Shown: piece after piece, positions 13,555 through 21,760 of the stretch
Position numbering within the stretch: the stretch's first letter is position 1
How the letters are laid out: each line of letters begins with the position of its first letter
IMG/VR virus record: IMGVR_UViG_3300029702_000014
Span: 1-42,877 of that record
Direction: 5' to 3' (one strand)
DNA: 42,877 nucleotides
From: a virus
Position numbers and translations under genes: made by a program
The notes under the pieces: model-generated
What the model was told of the DNA's origin: nothing
The model's input: only the letters and a program-made list of their open reading frames with translations
Database searches by the model: none

Positions 13555-14484
13555 ATGCAAGAAGAATTGACCGTCCGGGTGGAGCATCCGGAACTGCCCG
13601 CGATCCGGTGGAACGAGACCGAGGTGCAGCAGAATCTGACCGAGATGCTGGCCGCCTACACCGGCCGCGTCTACACCCCGGAGACCATCAAGGATGCCAA
13701 GGCCGACCGCGCCGCAGTGAACAAGCTGGACAAGCAGCTCAGTGATGCCGCCCGCAGCGCAAAGGCATTTTACATGAAGCCGCTGGAAGAGTTCTTGCAG
13801 AGCGCCAAGCAGATGCAGGGCCAGTGTAAGGCCGTCTCCGGTGCCATTGACCAGCAGGTCAAGGCGGTGGAAGAAGCCGAACGGCAGGACAAGGCCGACG
13901 CCCTGCGGACTGTCTATGCGGACTGCATCGGCGAGCTGCGGGAGATGATCCCATTTGACCGCCTGCTTGTTCCCCAGTGGCTCAACAAGACCTATGATCT
14001 GGCAAAGGCCAGCCGGGAGTTGCGCAAGAGCGTGGAGACCCGGCGGGAGGAGCTGCGGCTCATCCGGGAGACCTGCGGCGAGGATGCCGAAGCTTGCATC
14101 ACGGAGTATCTGCGTGAGCTGAACCTGAACGCTGCCCTTGTGGAGCACAGCCGCCGCCAGAATGCCCGGGACGCACAGCGCCGCGCAGAAGCCGAGAGAA
14201 TGGCCGCAGAGAGTGCGCAGGCGGCTGCACCGGTCATTATCCCTCCGACCGATGAAGAACGTCAGATCGCCGCAGAATCGGTTCAAATGGCACAGGCCAA
14301 TGCAGTCATCACGCCGGATGGCAGGTTGGATTTCAGCATGCTTCAGAAATTCGCAGAGCCTGCCCAGCCGGAAGCTCCTGCCCGCAAGCAGTATCGTTTC
14401 TGGGTAGAGTTCACCCGCGAGGATATCGCATGGTTCAAGCAGGGAGCCGCAGAGCGCGGTTTCCGCTATGGTTCTATCAAATAA
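13555..14484 (+). CDS. DUF1351-like protein, a typical RecT companion in Firmicute phages
   Basis: RBS GAGGTGA. Motifs YTGRVYTPETIKDAKADRAAVNKLDKQL. Lies immediately upstream of recT. Confidence 0.6.
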   Translation: MQEELTVRVEHPELPAIRWNETEVQQNLTEMLAAYTGRVYTPETIKDAKADRAAVNKLDKQLSDAARSAKAFYMKPLEEFLQSAKQMQGQCKAVSGAIDQQVKAVEEAERQDKADALRTVYADCIGELREMIPFDRLLVPQWLNKTYDLAKASRELRKSVETRREELRLIRETCGEDAEACITEYLRELNLNAALVEHSRRQNARDAQRRAEAERMAAESAQAAAPVIIPPTDEERQIAAESVQMAQANAVITPDGRLDFSMLQKFAEPAQPEAPARKQYRFWVEFTREDIAWFKQGAAERGFRYGSIK

Positions 14485-14502
14485 TCTTGGAGGTATTTAC
14501 TT

Positions 14503-15357
14503 ATGGCACTTACTCGTTCCGGCGCACCCGCGCCTACTTCGTCCGTTTCAAACGCACAGTCTCTGGCAAACCGTTCCGTCCAGAACGCCAACCGTGCAGG
14601 CAGCACTGCTATGCAGGCCGCATCCCCGTCCGTTCCGGTGGAGATCACGGCTGCCGATGGCCAGCACTTCACCGTGAGTTTTGGCGACGTGCGCAACTTC
14701 ATCTGCCCCAAGGCCACCGATTCTGAATGCAAAATCTTTCTGGAGACATGCAAGCAGTACAAGCTGAACCCATTTACCAAAGAGGCTTACCTGATCCACT
14801 ACGACAACAAGAACGATGACACCGCCAGCACCATCGTGCTGGGCAAGAACTGCTACATGCAGATGGCCGAGCGCAACCCCAACTTTGACGGCTTTGAAGC
14901 TGGCGTGATCGTCCTGACCGCAGATGGCCAGCTGCTGAACCGTGAGGGTTCCATTGTCTATGATGGAGACGGCGGCGAGACCCTTCTCGGCGGCTGGGCG
15001 AAGGTCTACCGTAAGGACCGTACCCGCGCCAGCTACGAGGAAGTCAAGCTCAGCGAATACGACACCGGAAAGTCTCTTTGGAATGGCAAAAAGGCTACCA
15101 TGATCCGCAAGGTGGCGCTGGTGCACGCTTTGCGTGAGGCGTTCCCGTCTACCTTCGGCGCTCTGTACGATGAATGCGAGGTGCGTGTGGATGCCGAAAG
15201 CACCGCCCGCGAGGTGTCGCCTGAAGAGCTGCCGGTGCTGGATCCTTACGAAGGCTCCCACCGCCACCGCAAGACGGCAGGCACCCTGATCCCTGCCCCG
15301 GATGCACCCTCTGTAGAGGAAAACGCCGATGACCCGTTTGATGGTGATGATGCATGA
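14503..15357 (+). CDS. recT: RecT/Bet-family single-strand annealing recombinase
   Basis: RBS GGAGGT. Motifs ECKIFLETCKQYKLNPFTKEAYLIHY and MIRKVALVHALREAFP. Confidence 0.85.
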   Translation: MALTRSGAPAPTSSVSNAQSLANRSVQNANRAGSTAMQAASPSVPVEITAADGQHFTVSFGDVRNFICPKATDSECKIFLETCKQYKLNPFTKEAYLIHYDNKNDDTASTIVLGKNCYMQMAERNPNFDGFEAGVIVLTADGQLLNREGSIVYDGDGGETLLGGWAKVYRKDRTRASYEEVKLSEYDTGKSLWNGKKATMIRKVALVHALREAFPSTFGALYDECEVRVDAESTAREVSPEELPVLDPYEGSHRHRKTAGTLIPAPDAPSVEENADDPFDGDDA

Positions 15358-15872
15358 TCGTCCAGACCAAGAACGGCGTCATGCTGCACGGCGAGATCGC
15401 CAAAGACCCGGTGCTCCGGGATGCCGGGCAGAAGCGGGTGCTGAAGTTTGACCTGAAAGCCAGCCGCACACAGGATGAATCCGGCAAATGGCAGAGCTTC
15501 TTTGTGGGCGTGAACCTCTGGCACGGCATCGACCAGTGGGATGGGATGCTGCAGAAAGGCGATCAGGTCACAGTTTTTGCGCAAAAGCTGAAAGAGCGGG
15601 AGTATAACGGCAAGGTCTATTACGACGTGGACGCGGATGATGTTCAGCCCGGTGGGCTGGTGACATTCCGCTGGCTGCAGCAGATGATCGACCTGATGGC
15701 ACAGCCCGGCCCGCCGCTGGAACCTGCAGAACCGGCAGGCCTGCAGGGCGCGCAGATGTACCCCTGTGAAACGCTTGCGGATTACGCACCGCACAGCACT
15801 GTCGCGCCTGAACCGGCTCCATCTACCGAGTATGACCCCATCAACGAAGACGCAGAAGATCTTCCCTTCTGA
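15354..15872 (+). CDS. ssb: Single-stranded DNA-binding protein
   Basis: OB-fold-like N-terminal pattern (HGEIAKDPVLR...FFVGVNLWHG...KGDQVTV) and an acidic tail ending EDAEDLPF. Confidence 0.8.
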   Translation: MIVQTKNGVMLHGEIAKDPVLRDAGQKRVLKFDLKASRTQDESGKWQSFFVGVNLWHGIDQWDGMLQKGDQVTVFAQKLKEREYNGKVYYDVDADDVQPGGLVTFRWLQQMIDLMAQPGPPLEPAEPAGLQGAQMYPCETLADYAPHSTVAPEPAPSTEYDPINEDAEDLPF

Positions 15873-15923
15873 TTTCGCAAGCTGTGCTATCCGGCTATAC
15901 GGGCGTGCAAAGGAGGTGAGCAA

Positions 15924-16721
15924 GTGGCAAAAGAAGAAAAAAAGTCGTTTGTCGTGTATCTGGATTGGTTTGACGCGCTGGAAGAGTACACGGATGCCGA
16001 AGTCGGACAGCTGATGCGAGCTTTGGCGAAACACGTCCGCACTGGTGAGAATCCAACGTTTTCCGACCGTGGAATGCGTGGGAACTTCCGTTTCATGTGC
16101 AATGGAGTGGATTCTGCTACGGAAAAGTACGAGAACGTCAAGCAAAAGCGCCGTGAAGCCGGAAAAGCCCGTGCAGCTCAAATGCAAGCAAACTCAGCAC
16201 ATGCTAGCACATGCTACCAAGTGCAAGCAAGTGGTAGCTATAATGATACTGTTACTGGAACTGTTACTGATACTGTTACTGATACTGTTACTGGAACTGT
16301 TACTGATACTGTTACTGGAACTGGAACTGTTATATCCCCTAACGGGGATATATATAATAGCGCCGCCCACGCCGCCGTTGACGTAGAACTTTCCAAGATC
16401 GTCCAGCATTATCAGCAGGCCGTCGGGGACTTCCCACGCTCTGCACTGGACAAGCTGCAGAAGTGGAGGCAGGAGTACAGCACAGAGATGATCCTGCTGG
16501 CGATTGACAAGGCTACAGAAGCCGGAAAACGCTCGTGGAACTACATCAACGGCATATTGTCCGGCTGGAAACGGGACGGCCTGCGCACACCGGGAGACGT
16601 GGAAGCCAACGAACAAAGCAGACAAGCCAGACCGAGGGGCAAGCAGCCAACCGAAACCGTAGACGACCAGCTTGCCCGGGTGCTGGCGAAGATGGACAGA
16701 GAAAGAGGGTTTGAGACATGA
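15924..16721 (+). CDS. Replisome organiser / DnaD-like replication initiation protein
   Basis: RBS AAGGAGGTG lies 5 nt before GTG. C-terminal DnaD-like motif KRSWNYINGILSGWKRDGLRT. Internal iterons are listed separately. Confidence 0.7.
   Translation: MAKEEKKSFVVYLDWFDALEEYTDAEVGQLMRALAKHVRTGENPTFSDRGMRGNFRFMCNGVDSATEKYENVKQKRREAGKARAAQMQANSAHASTCYQVQASGSYNDTVTGTVTDTVTDTVTGTVTDTVTGTGTVISPNGDIYNSAAHAAVDVELSKIVQHYQQAVGDFPRSALDKLQKWRQEYSTEMILLAIDKATEAGKRSWNYINGILSGWKRDGLRTPGDVEANEQSRQARPRGKQPTETVDDQLARVLAKMDRERGFET
16248..16352 (+). repeat. Six 12-bp iterons ACTGTTACTG(GA/AT) plus one partial copy, then a perfect 9-bp-stem hairpin and an AT-rich tract; candidate replication origin
   Basis: Copies start at 16248, 16260, 16272, 16284, 16296 and 16308. 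Hairpin TATATCCCC-TAAC-GGGGATATA is at 16331..16352, followed by TATAATAG. Confidence 0.6.
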
Positions 16722-17287
16722 CGCGGGAAGACGTGGCAAAGCTGATCCGCATGAATTTTGTACTGTACAAGCTGGGTTCCAAGCCGCTGACCGATGAGGA
16801 GATGCAGACCACCATCGATGTGTGGGCGTACCAGTTTGGCGACTATGACGGCGATACTGTCAAGCGGGCTTTTCTGGCGGCGAACCGGGTATGCGTTTAT
16901 CCGGTCACGGTGGCAGACATCTTCAAGCAACTTTCCCAGTGTCTTGACCCGTCCGCTGAATGGGAAGCTCTGGCTGTAGCGGCACGCAAGGCACAGACTT
17001 TTTTGAGCTGGCGCAAGTTCCCGATGGTGATCGGCATTGACGAAAAGGGCGGGCTGCTGCGTAGTGACGGACAGAAAGAACTGCAAGCCCTGTATGACCA
17101 ACTCCCCCCGGCGGCAAAATCCTATGCCGGAAGCGTGGGAGGGCTGGCAGAGCTGGCTGAAATTCCAGACCTTACATACCGCCGGGCCGAATTTTTGAAG
17201 CAGGCGCAGGCAGATATCACCACCGCCCCCCGTGAAGCTGCAAGGCTGCGAGTGAGCGAGCTGACAAGGAAGGAGATTGAAAAATGA
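16718..17287 (+). CDS. Putative helicase loader (G39P-like N-terminal domain)
   Basis: ATGA overlap with the organiser gene. N-terminus MQTTIDVWAYQFGDYDGDTVKRAFLAANRVCVYPVTVADI resembles the loader family. Confidence 0.5.
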   Translation: MTREDVAKLIRMNFVLYKLGSKPLTDEEMQTTIDVWAYQFGDYDGDTVKRAFLAANRVCVYPVTVADIFKQLSQCLDPSAEWEALAVAARKAQTFLSWRKFPMVIGIDEKGGLLRSDGQKELQALYDQLPPAAKSYAGSVGGLAELAEIPDLTYRRAEFLKQAQADITTAPREAARLRVSELTRKEIEK

Positions 17288-17619
17288 GCGAATATATCGA
17301 CCGCGAAAAAGCCATCGCAAAAATCAAAGCAGCATATTGCTGTGGCTGCGAAAATTACAACGGCGTAAGATGCCGCGCGTGTCAGATTATGGACGCGATG
17401 GATGTGCTGGAAGATGAACCGGCAGTGCCTGTGATTGACGCGGAATCTATGAAAAAGTACCTGACCGACTGGAAAGACGGGCTGGACGGGAGCGGAAATT
17501 GGGGGTACTCGTACGCAATCAGGGCAGAGCAAACGGTTCAGGTGCTGGATACCACACTGAACCACATTGGTTACATGCTCAAGGAGAACAGCGGGGTGCA
17601 GACCGATGGTAAAACTTGA
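17284..17619 (+). CDS. Hypothetical Cys-containing protein
   Basis: RBS AAGGAGA. 111 aa. Confidence 0.6.
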   Translation: MSEYIDREKAIAKIKAAYCCGCENYNGVRCRACQIMDAMDVLEDEPAVPVIDAESMKKYLTDWKDGLDGSGNWGYSYAIRAEQTVQVLDTTLNHIGYMLKENSGVQTDGKT

Positions 17620-17818
17620 GCCCTGCAAAGACTGCCCCGACCGACACCCGATCTGTCACGACAGCTGCCCACGGTACGCCGAGTACAAGCGTCAGCTGAA
17701 AGCGCAGCGCATCTACACCAACGGGAACCACGAGGCGGAGCGGATCAGCCGCAACGATTTCGACAAAGAAGGATGGATGGGAGGAAAACACCCGCCCAGA
17801 AAAAGGAGAAAAGCATGA
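17606..17818 (+). CDS. 70-aa Cys-rich protein
   Basis: Starts at internal ATG 17606. Sequence CKDCPDRHPICHDSCPRY. Confidence 0.45.
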   Translation: MVKLEPCKDCPDRHPICHDSCPRYAEYKRQLKAQRIYTNGNHEAERISRNDFDKEGWMGGKHPPRKRRKA

Positions 17819-18975
17819 AAACCGTACAGGATATTATGGCTGAAAATGGCTCATTGGCAAACATTGAGCGTTTTCAGACGATGCAGAAGTGGGAATACAA
17901 GCGCAAGGTAGAGCACGCGCAGGAAATGGCCGAGGCATTTTACTACTGGGCAAAAGAGCACGAAAAGGGCGTGCACCTATCCGTGGGCGGTCTGGATTCC
18001 ATCACGCTGCATTACTTCTTGGAGAGCATCGGGCTGCCCGTCACCTGTGTGTCCTGCTCATTGCTGGAGGGAAAGGGCGTGCAGCAGGTACACAAGCGGA
18101 TTGCTGCAGAAATGGAAGAAGAATACAAGGGATGGATGGGCGATGGAGAAAAGCCGTCTTTCGTGTTCCTGAAGCCGCTGAAAAGTAAGGTTCAGGTCTT
18201 ACAGGAATTTGGCTGGCCTGTGATCAGCAAGGAAAAGGCAGGCAAGATCATGTTGCTGCAAAACCCGACAGAGCAAAACGCAACCGTTCGACATGCGATC
18301 ATTACCGGGGAAACCGGCGAATACGGCGGCTGGCAGAAAAACAGCCGGATGAAACTTCCGCAGAAATGGCTTGAGCTGTTCGGCGGTGCCGATGCAGAGG
18401 GCGCGGCGCTTGGGTATCAGGCGGCCCCGTTCAAAGTATCTGACCGCTGCTGCTACTACCTCAAGGAAAAGCCCTGCAACGACTGGGCACGTGAACACGA
18501 CAGTGTTCCCTACATGGGCCTTATGGCCAGCGAAGGCGGGCGGCGCGAAAAGAGCCTGAAGATGCACGGCTGCAACTACTTCGGAAAGACGACCACCCGC
18601 AGCGCACCTTTTGCCATTTTTGACCGACAAGACGTTTTGCAGCTTGCACTTGACCTAGATGTGCCCATTCCCGCCGAATATGGCGAGATCGCGAAGGATA
18701 GAGACGGCAAATTGTACACCACAAAGGCGCAGCGCACCGGCTGCACCATGTGCGGCTTTGGAATCCACATCGAGGGCAGGCCGCATCGGTTTGACGTTCT
18801 GCGGGAGACAAACCCCAAAGAATGGGAGTTCTGGATGAAGCACGTCTGCCGGGACGAAAACGGCAACTGGTACGGCTGGGGCCGTGTGCTGGACTACATC
18901 GGCATCGGCTGGGAAGATGTGCCGGAACAGGCCGTGCAGATGCACATTGACGATCTGATAGGAGGGAACTTGTGA
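17815..18975 (+). CDS. PAPS-reductase-family (PP-loop ATPase, DndC/IbrA-like) protein
   Basis: RBS AAGGAGA, ATGA overlap with the previous gene. PP-loop SVGGLDS. C-terminal Cys cluster CTMCGFG. Confidence 0.75.
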   Translation: MKTVQDIMAENGSLANIERFQTMQKWEYKRKVEHAQEMAEAFYYWAKEHEKGVHLSVGGLDSITLHYFLESIGLPVTCVSCSLLEGKGVQQVHKRIAAEMEEEYKGWMGDGEKPSFVFLKPLKSKVQVLQEFGWPVISKEKAGKIMLLQNPTEQNATVRHAIITGETGEYGGWQKNSRMKLPQKWLELFGGADAEGAALGYQAAPFKVSDRCCYYLKEKPCNDWAREHDSVPYMGLMASEGGRREKSLKMHGCNYFGKTTTRSAPFAIFDRQDVLQLALDLDVPIPAEYGEIAKDRDGKLYTTKAQRTGCTMCGFGIHIEGRPHRFDVLRETNPKEWEFWMKHVCRDENGNWYGWGRVLDYIGIGWEDVPEQAVQMHIDDLIGGNL

Positions 18976-19349
18976 AATTAACCCTCTACGGCGACCCACG
19001 CACAAAGAAAAACTCTGCCCGGATCCTCCGCACACGCGCTGGTACCCCATTTATGGCTCCTAGCAAGGCTTACGTGGATTATGAGACGGACTGCCTGCGG
19101 CAAATCAAAAGGCCGTACAGCCCTATCTCTTCCCGTGTGAACGTGCGGTGCGTGTACTACATGAAGACCGCCCGCCGGGTCGATCTGGCGAACCTTATCG
19201 AGGCGACCACGGACATTCTGGTGAAAGCCCGGGTTCTGGAGGACGACAACAGCAAGATCGTTGCCGCTCACGATGGCAGCCGGGTGGAGATTGATCGGAG
19301 GAACCCGAGGGTGGAAATTAAGATTGAAGAAATGGAGGAAGATACATGA
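18972..19349 (+). CDS. rusA: RusA-family Holliday junction resolvase
   Basis: RBS AGGAGGGA before GTG. Motif RVDLANLIEATTDILVKARVLEDDN. Confidence 0.8.
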   Translation: MKLTLYGDPRTKKNSARILRTRAGTPFMAPSKAYVDYETDCLRQIKRPYSPISSRVNVRCVYYMKTARRVDLANLIEATTDILVKARVLEDDNSKIVAAHDGSRVEIDRRNPRVEIKIEEMEEDT

Positions 19350-19801
19350 CCCGCACATGGATACCTGACACCGACGCCCAGAAGCCGGACAAAACCGATT
19401 TCCGCACCGTTAAGGCGTGGCTGAACCGCTACCGCGAAGCAGAGAAAAGATACTACTTTCTGTCTGACCGTCTGGCCGAAGCACAGGAGGCCACCCGGCA
19501 CATCACCCAGAGCCTCAGCGAGGCCCCAGGCGGCAGCAAAGATGGCCAGAGCCTTGCCCGGGCGGTGGAACGCGAGGAGGAAGCGGAGCGCCGCGCCTAT
19601 GAGCAAAGAGCGGTCTGCGACAGGCTGTTTCTTGAGATTAGAAACGCGCTCGCCCAGATCCAGAACGAGAAAGCATACACGGTGCTGTACAAATACTATC
19701 TCGATTGCCTCACGTGGGACAGGGTCGCAAAAGACATGAATTATTCTCTGCGTATGGTCTATGTCTTGCGGCGCAAAGCAATGGAGGAGCTGAGCCTTTA
19801 A
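19346..19801 (+). CDS. Sigma-70 region-4-like late transcription regulator (ArpU/RinA/DUF1492-like)
   Basis: C-terminus AYTVLYKYYLDCLTWDRVAKDMNYSLRMVYVLRRKAMEEL. Last gene before the packaging region. Confidence 0.55.
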   Translation: MTRTWIPDTDAQKPDKTDFRTVKAWLNRYREAEKRYYFLSDRLAEAQEATRHITQSLSEAPGGSKDGQSLARAVEREEEAERRAYEQRAVCDRLFLEIRNALAQIQNEKAYTVLYKYYLDCLTWDRVAKDMNYSLRMVYVLRRKAMEELSL

Positions 19802-19985
19802 AAACATTGCACTGTCATTACATTGCGGTTTCACTATCGCATGGTGTAAAATTGTATCATCGGAAAAGCCAAAAGGCAAACCGATGCACGCAGCCTCCGA
19901 AACGTGTTCCTTCTTAGCATTTTCCTCCTTTTCTGTTTGCAGGTACCGGGCTTTGCTCTCTTCACGTTTCGCGGGCTGCTTCTAT

Positions 19986-20056
19986 GCGATACACTGAAAC
20001 AAAGGCAGCCTGCCGCTCATGAGAGACAGGAGGCGGTTCGATTCCGCCGTATCGCA
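19986..20056 (+). ncRNA. tRNA-shaped element 1: perfect acceptor stem and T arm, but no canonical D or anticodon arm
   Basis: Acceptor GCGATAC / GTATCGC. T arm GGCGG-TTCGATT-CCGCC. The middle is a CCTG/CAGG stem closing 14 nt that contain the palindrome CTCATGAG. Confidence 0.45.
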
Positions 20057-20174
20057 CCGTATGGCGCATGGACTAGACAACCCGCAAGGCCGCACGTGCA
20101 ACCTCCCGTGCCAAGAAAAGGCCTTAGAATCCTTGCCAAGGTGTAGCTTTCCTGACAGGATGTGCGCCAACCAA

Positions 20175-20205
20175 CAGCCCCGGCGGCGAACCGGAGCTGT
20201 TTTTA
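20175..20205 (+). terminator. Intrinsic terminator inside the non-coding island
   Basis: Stem CAGCCCCGG / CCGGAGCTG (one mismatch), loop CGGCGAA, then TTTTTA. Confidence 0.6.
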
Positions 20206-20208
20206 TAT

Positions 20209-20277
20209 GCCGCCTGAGCGCAGTTTGGAGCGCGGCGCGTGTGTGTAGACACGGCTGGTTCGATTCCAAGGGCGGCT
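20209..20277 (+). ncRNA. tRNA-shaped element 2: acceptor stem and D arm are good, T stem is weak, and a 6-nt loop replaces the anticodon loop
   Basis: Acceptor GCCGCCT / GGGCGGC. D arm GCGC-AGTTTGGA-GCGC. Hairpin CGTGT-GTGTAG-ACACG. Carries the same GGTTCGATTCC box as element 1. Confidence 0.4.
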
Positions 20278-20281
20278 TTTT

Positions 20282-20357
20282 ACTCTGGTAGCTCAATTGG
20301 CAGAGCGATGGTCTCCAAAACCGTAGGTTGCAGGTTCAAGGCCTGCCCAGAGCGCCA
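20282..20357 (+). tRNA. trnW: tRNA-Trp (anticodon CCA), CCA encoded
   Basis: Manual cloverleaf: D arm GCTC-AATTGGCA-GAGC, anticodon arm ATGGT-CTCCAAA-ACCGT, T arm GCAGG-TTCAAGG-CCTGC. The acceptor stem has an A1:C72 mismatch. Confidence 0.85.
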
Positions 20358-20495
20358 TGCAATGTACAGTCGGGGGACGGCTGTGCAAAGCATAGCGGGG
20401 CATCTGGCCGCGAAAGTTCCAGATGCAGCAGCACCCACCGTTTGACGCATGTCCAACGAACTGAATGCACGGGCGCTGCTTATTTTGATATTTTG

Positions 20496-20526
20496 ACCGT
20501 TCGGATTTCCGGGCGGTTTTTCTTTT
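20496..20526 (+). terminator. Intrinsic terminator closing the tRNA/ncRNA island
   Basis: Stem ACCGTTCGG / CCGGGCGGT (two G-U pairs), loop ATTT, then TTTTTCTTTT. Confidence 0.65.
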
Positions 20527-20544
20527 GCACGGGAGGAGAATAAC

Positions 20545-21759
20545 ATGATTCAGAAAGAGCTGCTGAAATTACCGGTCGAAGATCTTGTTCCGTATGAGAA
20601 CAACCCGCGCGTCATTTCCCAGGAAGCTGTGAACGCCTGCGCGGAAAGTATGCGGCAGTGTACCGCTCTTGACCCCATTGAGGTGGACGAGAACAACGTC
20701 ATCCTCAGCGGACACACCCGCCGTCTTGCTCTGATGCAGCTCCATGTGGACATGGCCGACGTGGTGCGATACACCGGCCTTACCGAAGAACAGAAGCAGA
20801 AATACCGTATCCTCGCAAACAAGACCGGTGAAATGTCTGGGTGGGATTTCGGAAAACTTGAACAGGAACTGGCAGAAGTGGACTTTGGCGACTTTGACTT
20901 TGATTTCGACCTTCCAGACAGTGGAGCCAATGAAACGCAGGTTGCTGAGGATGAAGCACCAGAAGTTGACGAAGCCGCGCCGCCAAAGGCGAAGCTGGGG
21001 GATATCTGGAAATGCGGCAGGCATCGCGTTATGTGCGGGGACAGTACTAATGAAGAAAGCGTCAAAACCCTTATAGGGGGGGCGCAGGCCGATATGTTGC
21101 TTACAGATCCACCGTATAACGTGAACTATGGAGCAGTGCGAGATGTAAGCGAGGCAGTAAAAAGGCACAAAAGAACGGATGGCCTGCTCATACAGAATGA
21201 CAACATGGGAGATGAGGAATTTAGAGAGTTCTTAACCAGTGCTTTCAGAAACGCCAACGCTGTAATGAGACCTGGCGCTGTTTTCTATATTTGGCACGCA
21301 GATGGAGAAGGGTACAACTTCCGAGGTGCATGTAGAGACGTTGGATGGACTGTAAGGCAATGTTTGATTTGGAACAAAAACACGTTATGCATGGGGAGGC
21401 AGGATTACCAGTGGAAGCATGAGCCTTGCCTGTATGGATGGAAAGATGGCGCAGGACATCTATGGACAAGCGACAGAAAACAGACAACCGTTCTTGATTT
21501 TGACAGACCGGTTAAGAGTGAGCTGCACCCAACGATGAAACCTGTTGCGCTTTTTGACTATCAAATCAAAAACAACACAGAAAGCGGGAATATTGTCCTT
21601 GACCTGTTTGGGGGAAGCGGGACAACGTTGATCGCCTGCGAGCAGAACGGAAGAACAGCTTATCTCATGGAGTATGATCCGAAGTACGTTGATGTCATTG
21701 TGAAGCGATGGGAAGACCTCACGGGAGAAAAGGCCGTTCTTGTAAAAGAGGTGAGCTAA
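20545..21759 (+). CDS. ParB-like nuclease domain fused to a beta-class DNA methyltransferase (probably N6-adenine; N4-cytosine not excluded)
   Basis: RBS GGGAGGAG. N-terminus PYENNPRVIS...LSGHTRRLA. Methyltransferase motif IV TDPPY precedes motif I FGGSGTT. Confidence 0.85.
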   Translation: MIQKELLKLPVEDLVPYENNPRVISQEAVNACAESMRQCTALDPIEVDENNVILSGHTRRLALMQLHVDMADVVRYTGLTEEQKQKYRILANKTGEMSGWDFGKLEQELAEVDFGDFDFDFDLPDSGANETQVAEDEAPEVDEAAPPKAKLGDIWKCGRHRVMCGDSTNEESVKTLIGGAQADMLLTDPPYNVNYGAVRDVSEAVKRHKRTDGLLIQNDNMGDEEFREFLTSAFRNANAVMRPGAVFYIWHADGEGYNFRGACRDVGWTVRQCLIWNKNTLCMGRQDYQWKHEPCLYGWKDGAGHLWTSDRKQTTVLDFDRPVKSELHPTMKPVALFDYQIKNNTESGNIVLDLFGGSGTTLIACEQNGRTAYLMEYDPKYVDVIVKRWEDLTGEKAVLVKEVS

Positions 21760-21760
21760 G

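Noticed and set aside
19834-19920. 28-codon minus-strand ORF preceded by AAGGAGGA
   Set aside because: The spacing between the RBS-like motif and the ATG is only about 3 nt. The ORF is tiny, with no supporting promoter or context. It is kept only as a note.
19904-20146. 80-aa plus-strand ORF (and the overlapping ORFs 19982..20296(-) and 20019..20291(+)) in the non-coding island
   Set aside because: They have no RBS, overlap the tRNA-like structures and a terminator, and give products of biased composition.
19986-20277. tmRNA (one-piece or permuted) spanning the two tRNA-like elements
   Set aside because: Each element pairs its own 5' and 3' acceptor strands locally. I found no resume codon or tag ORF ending in an ALAA-like sequence. 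A terminator at 20175-20205 splits the region.
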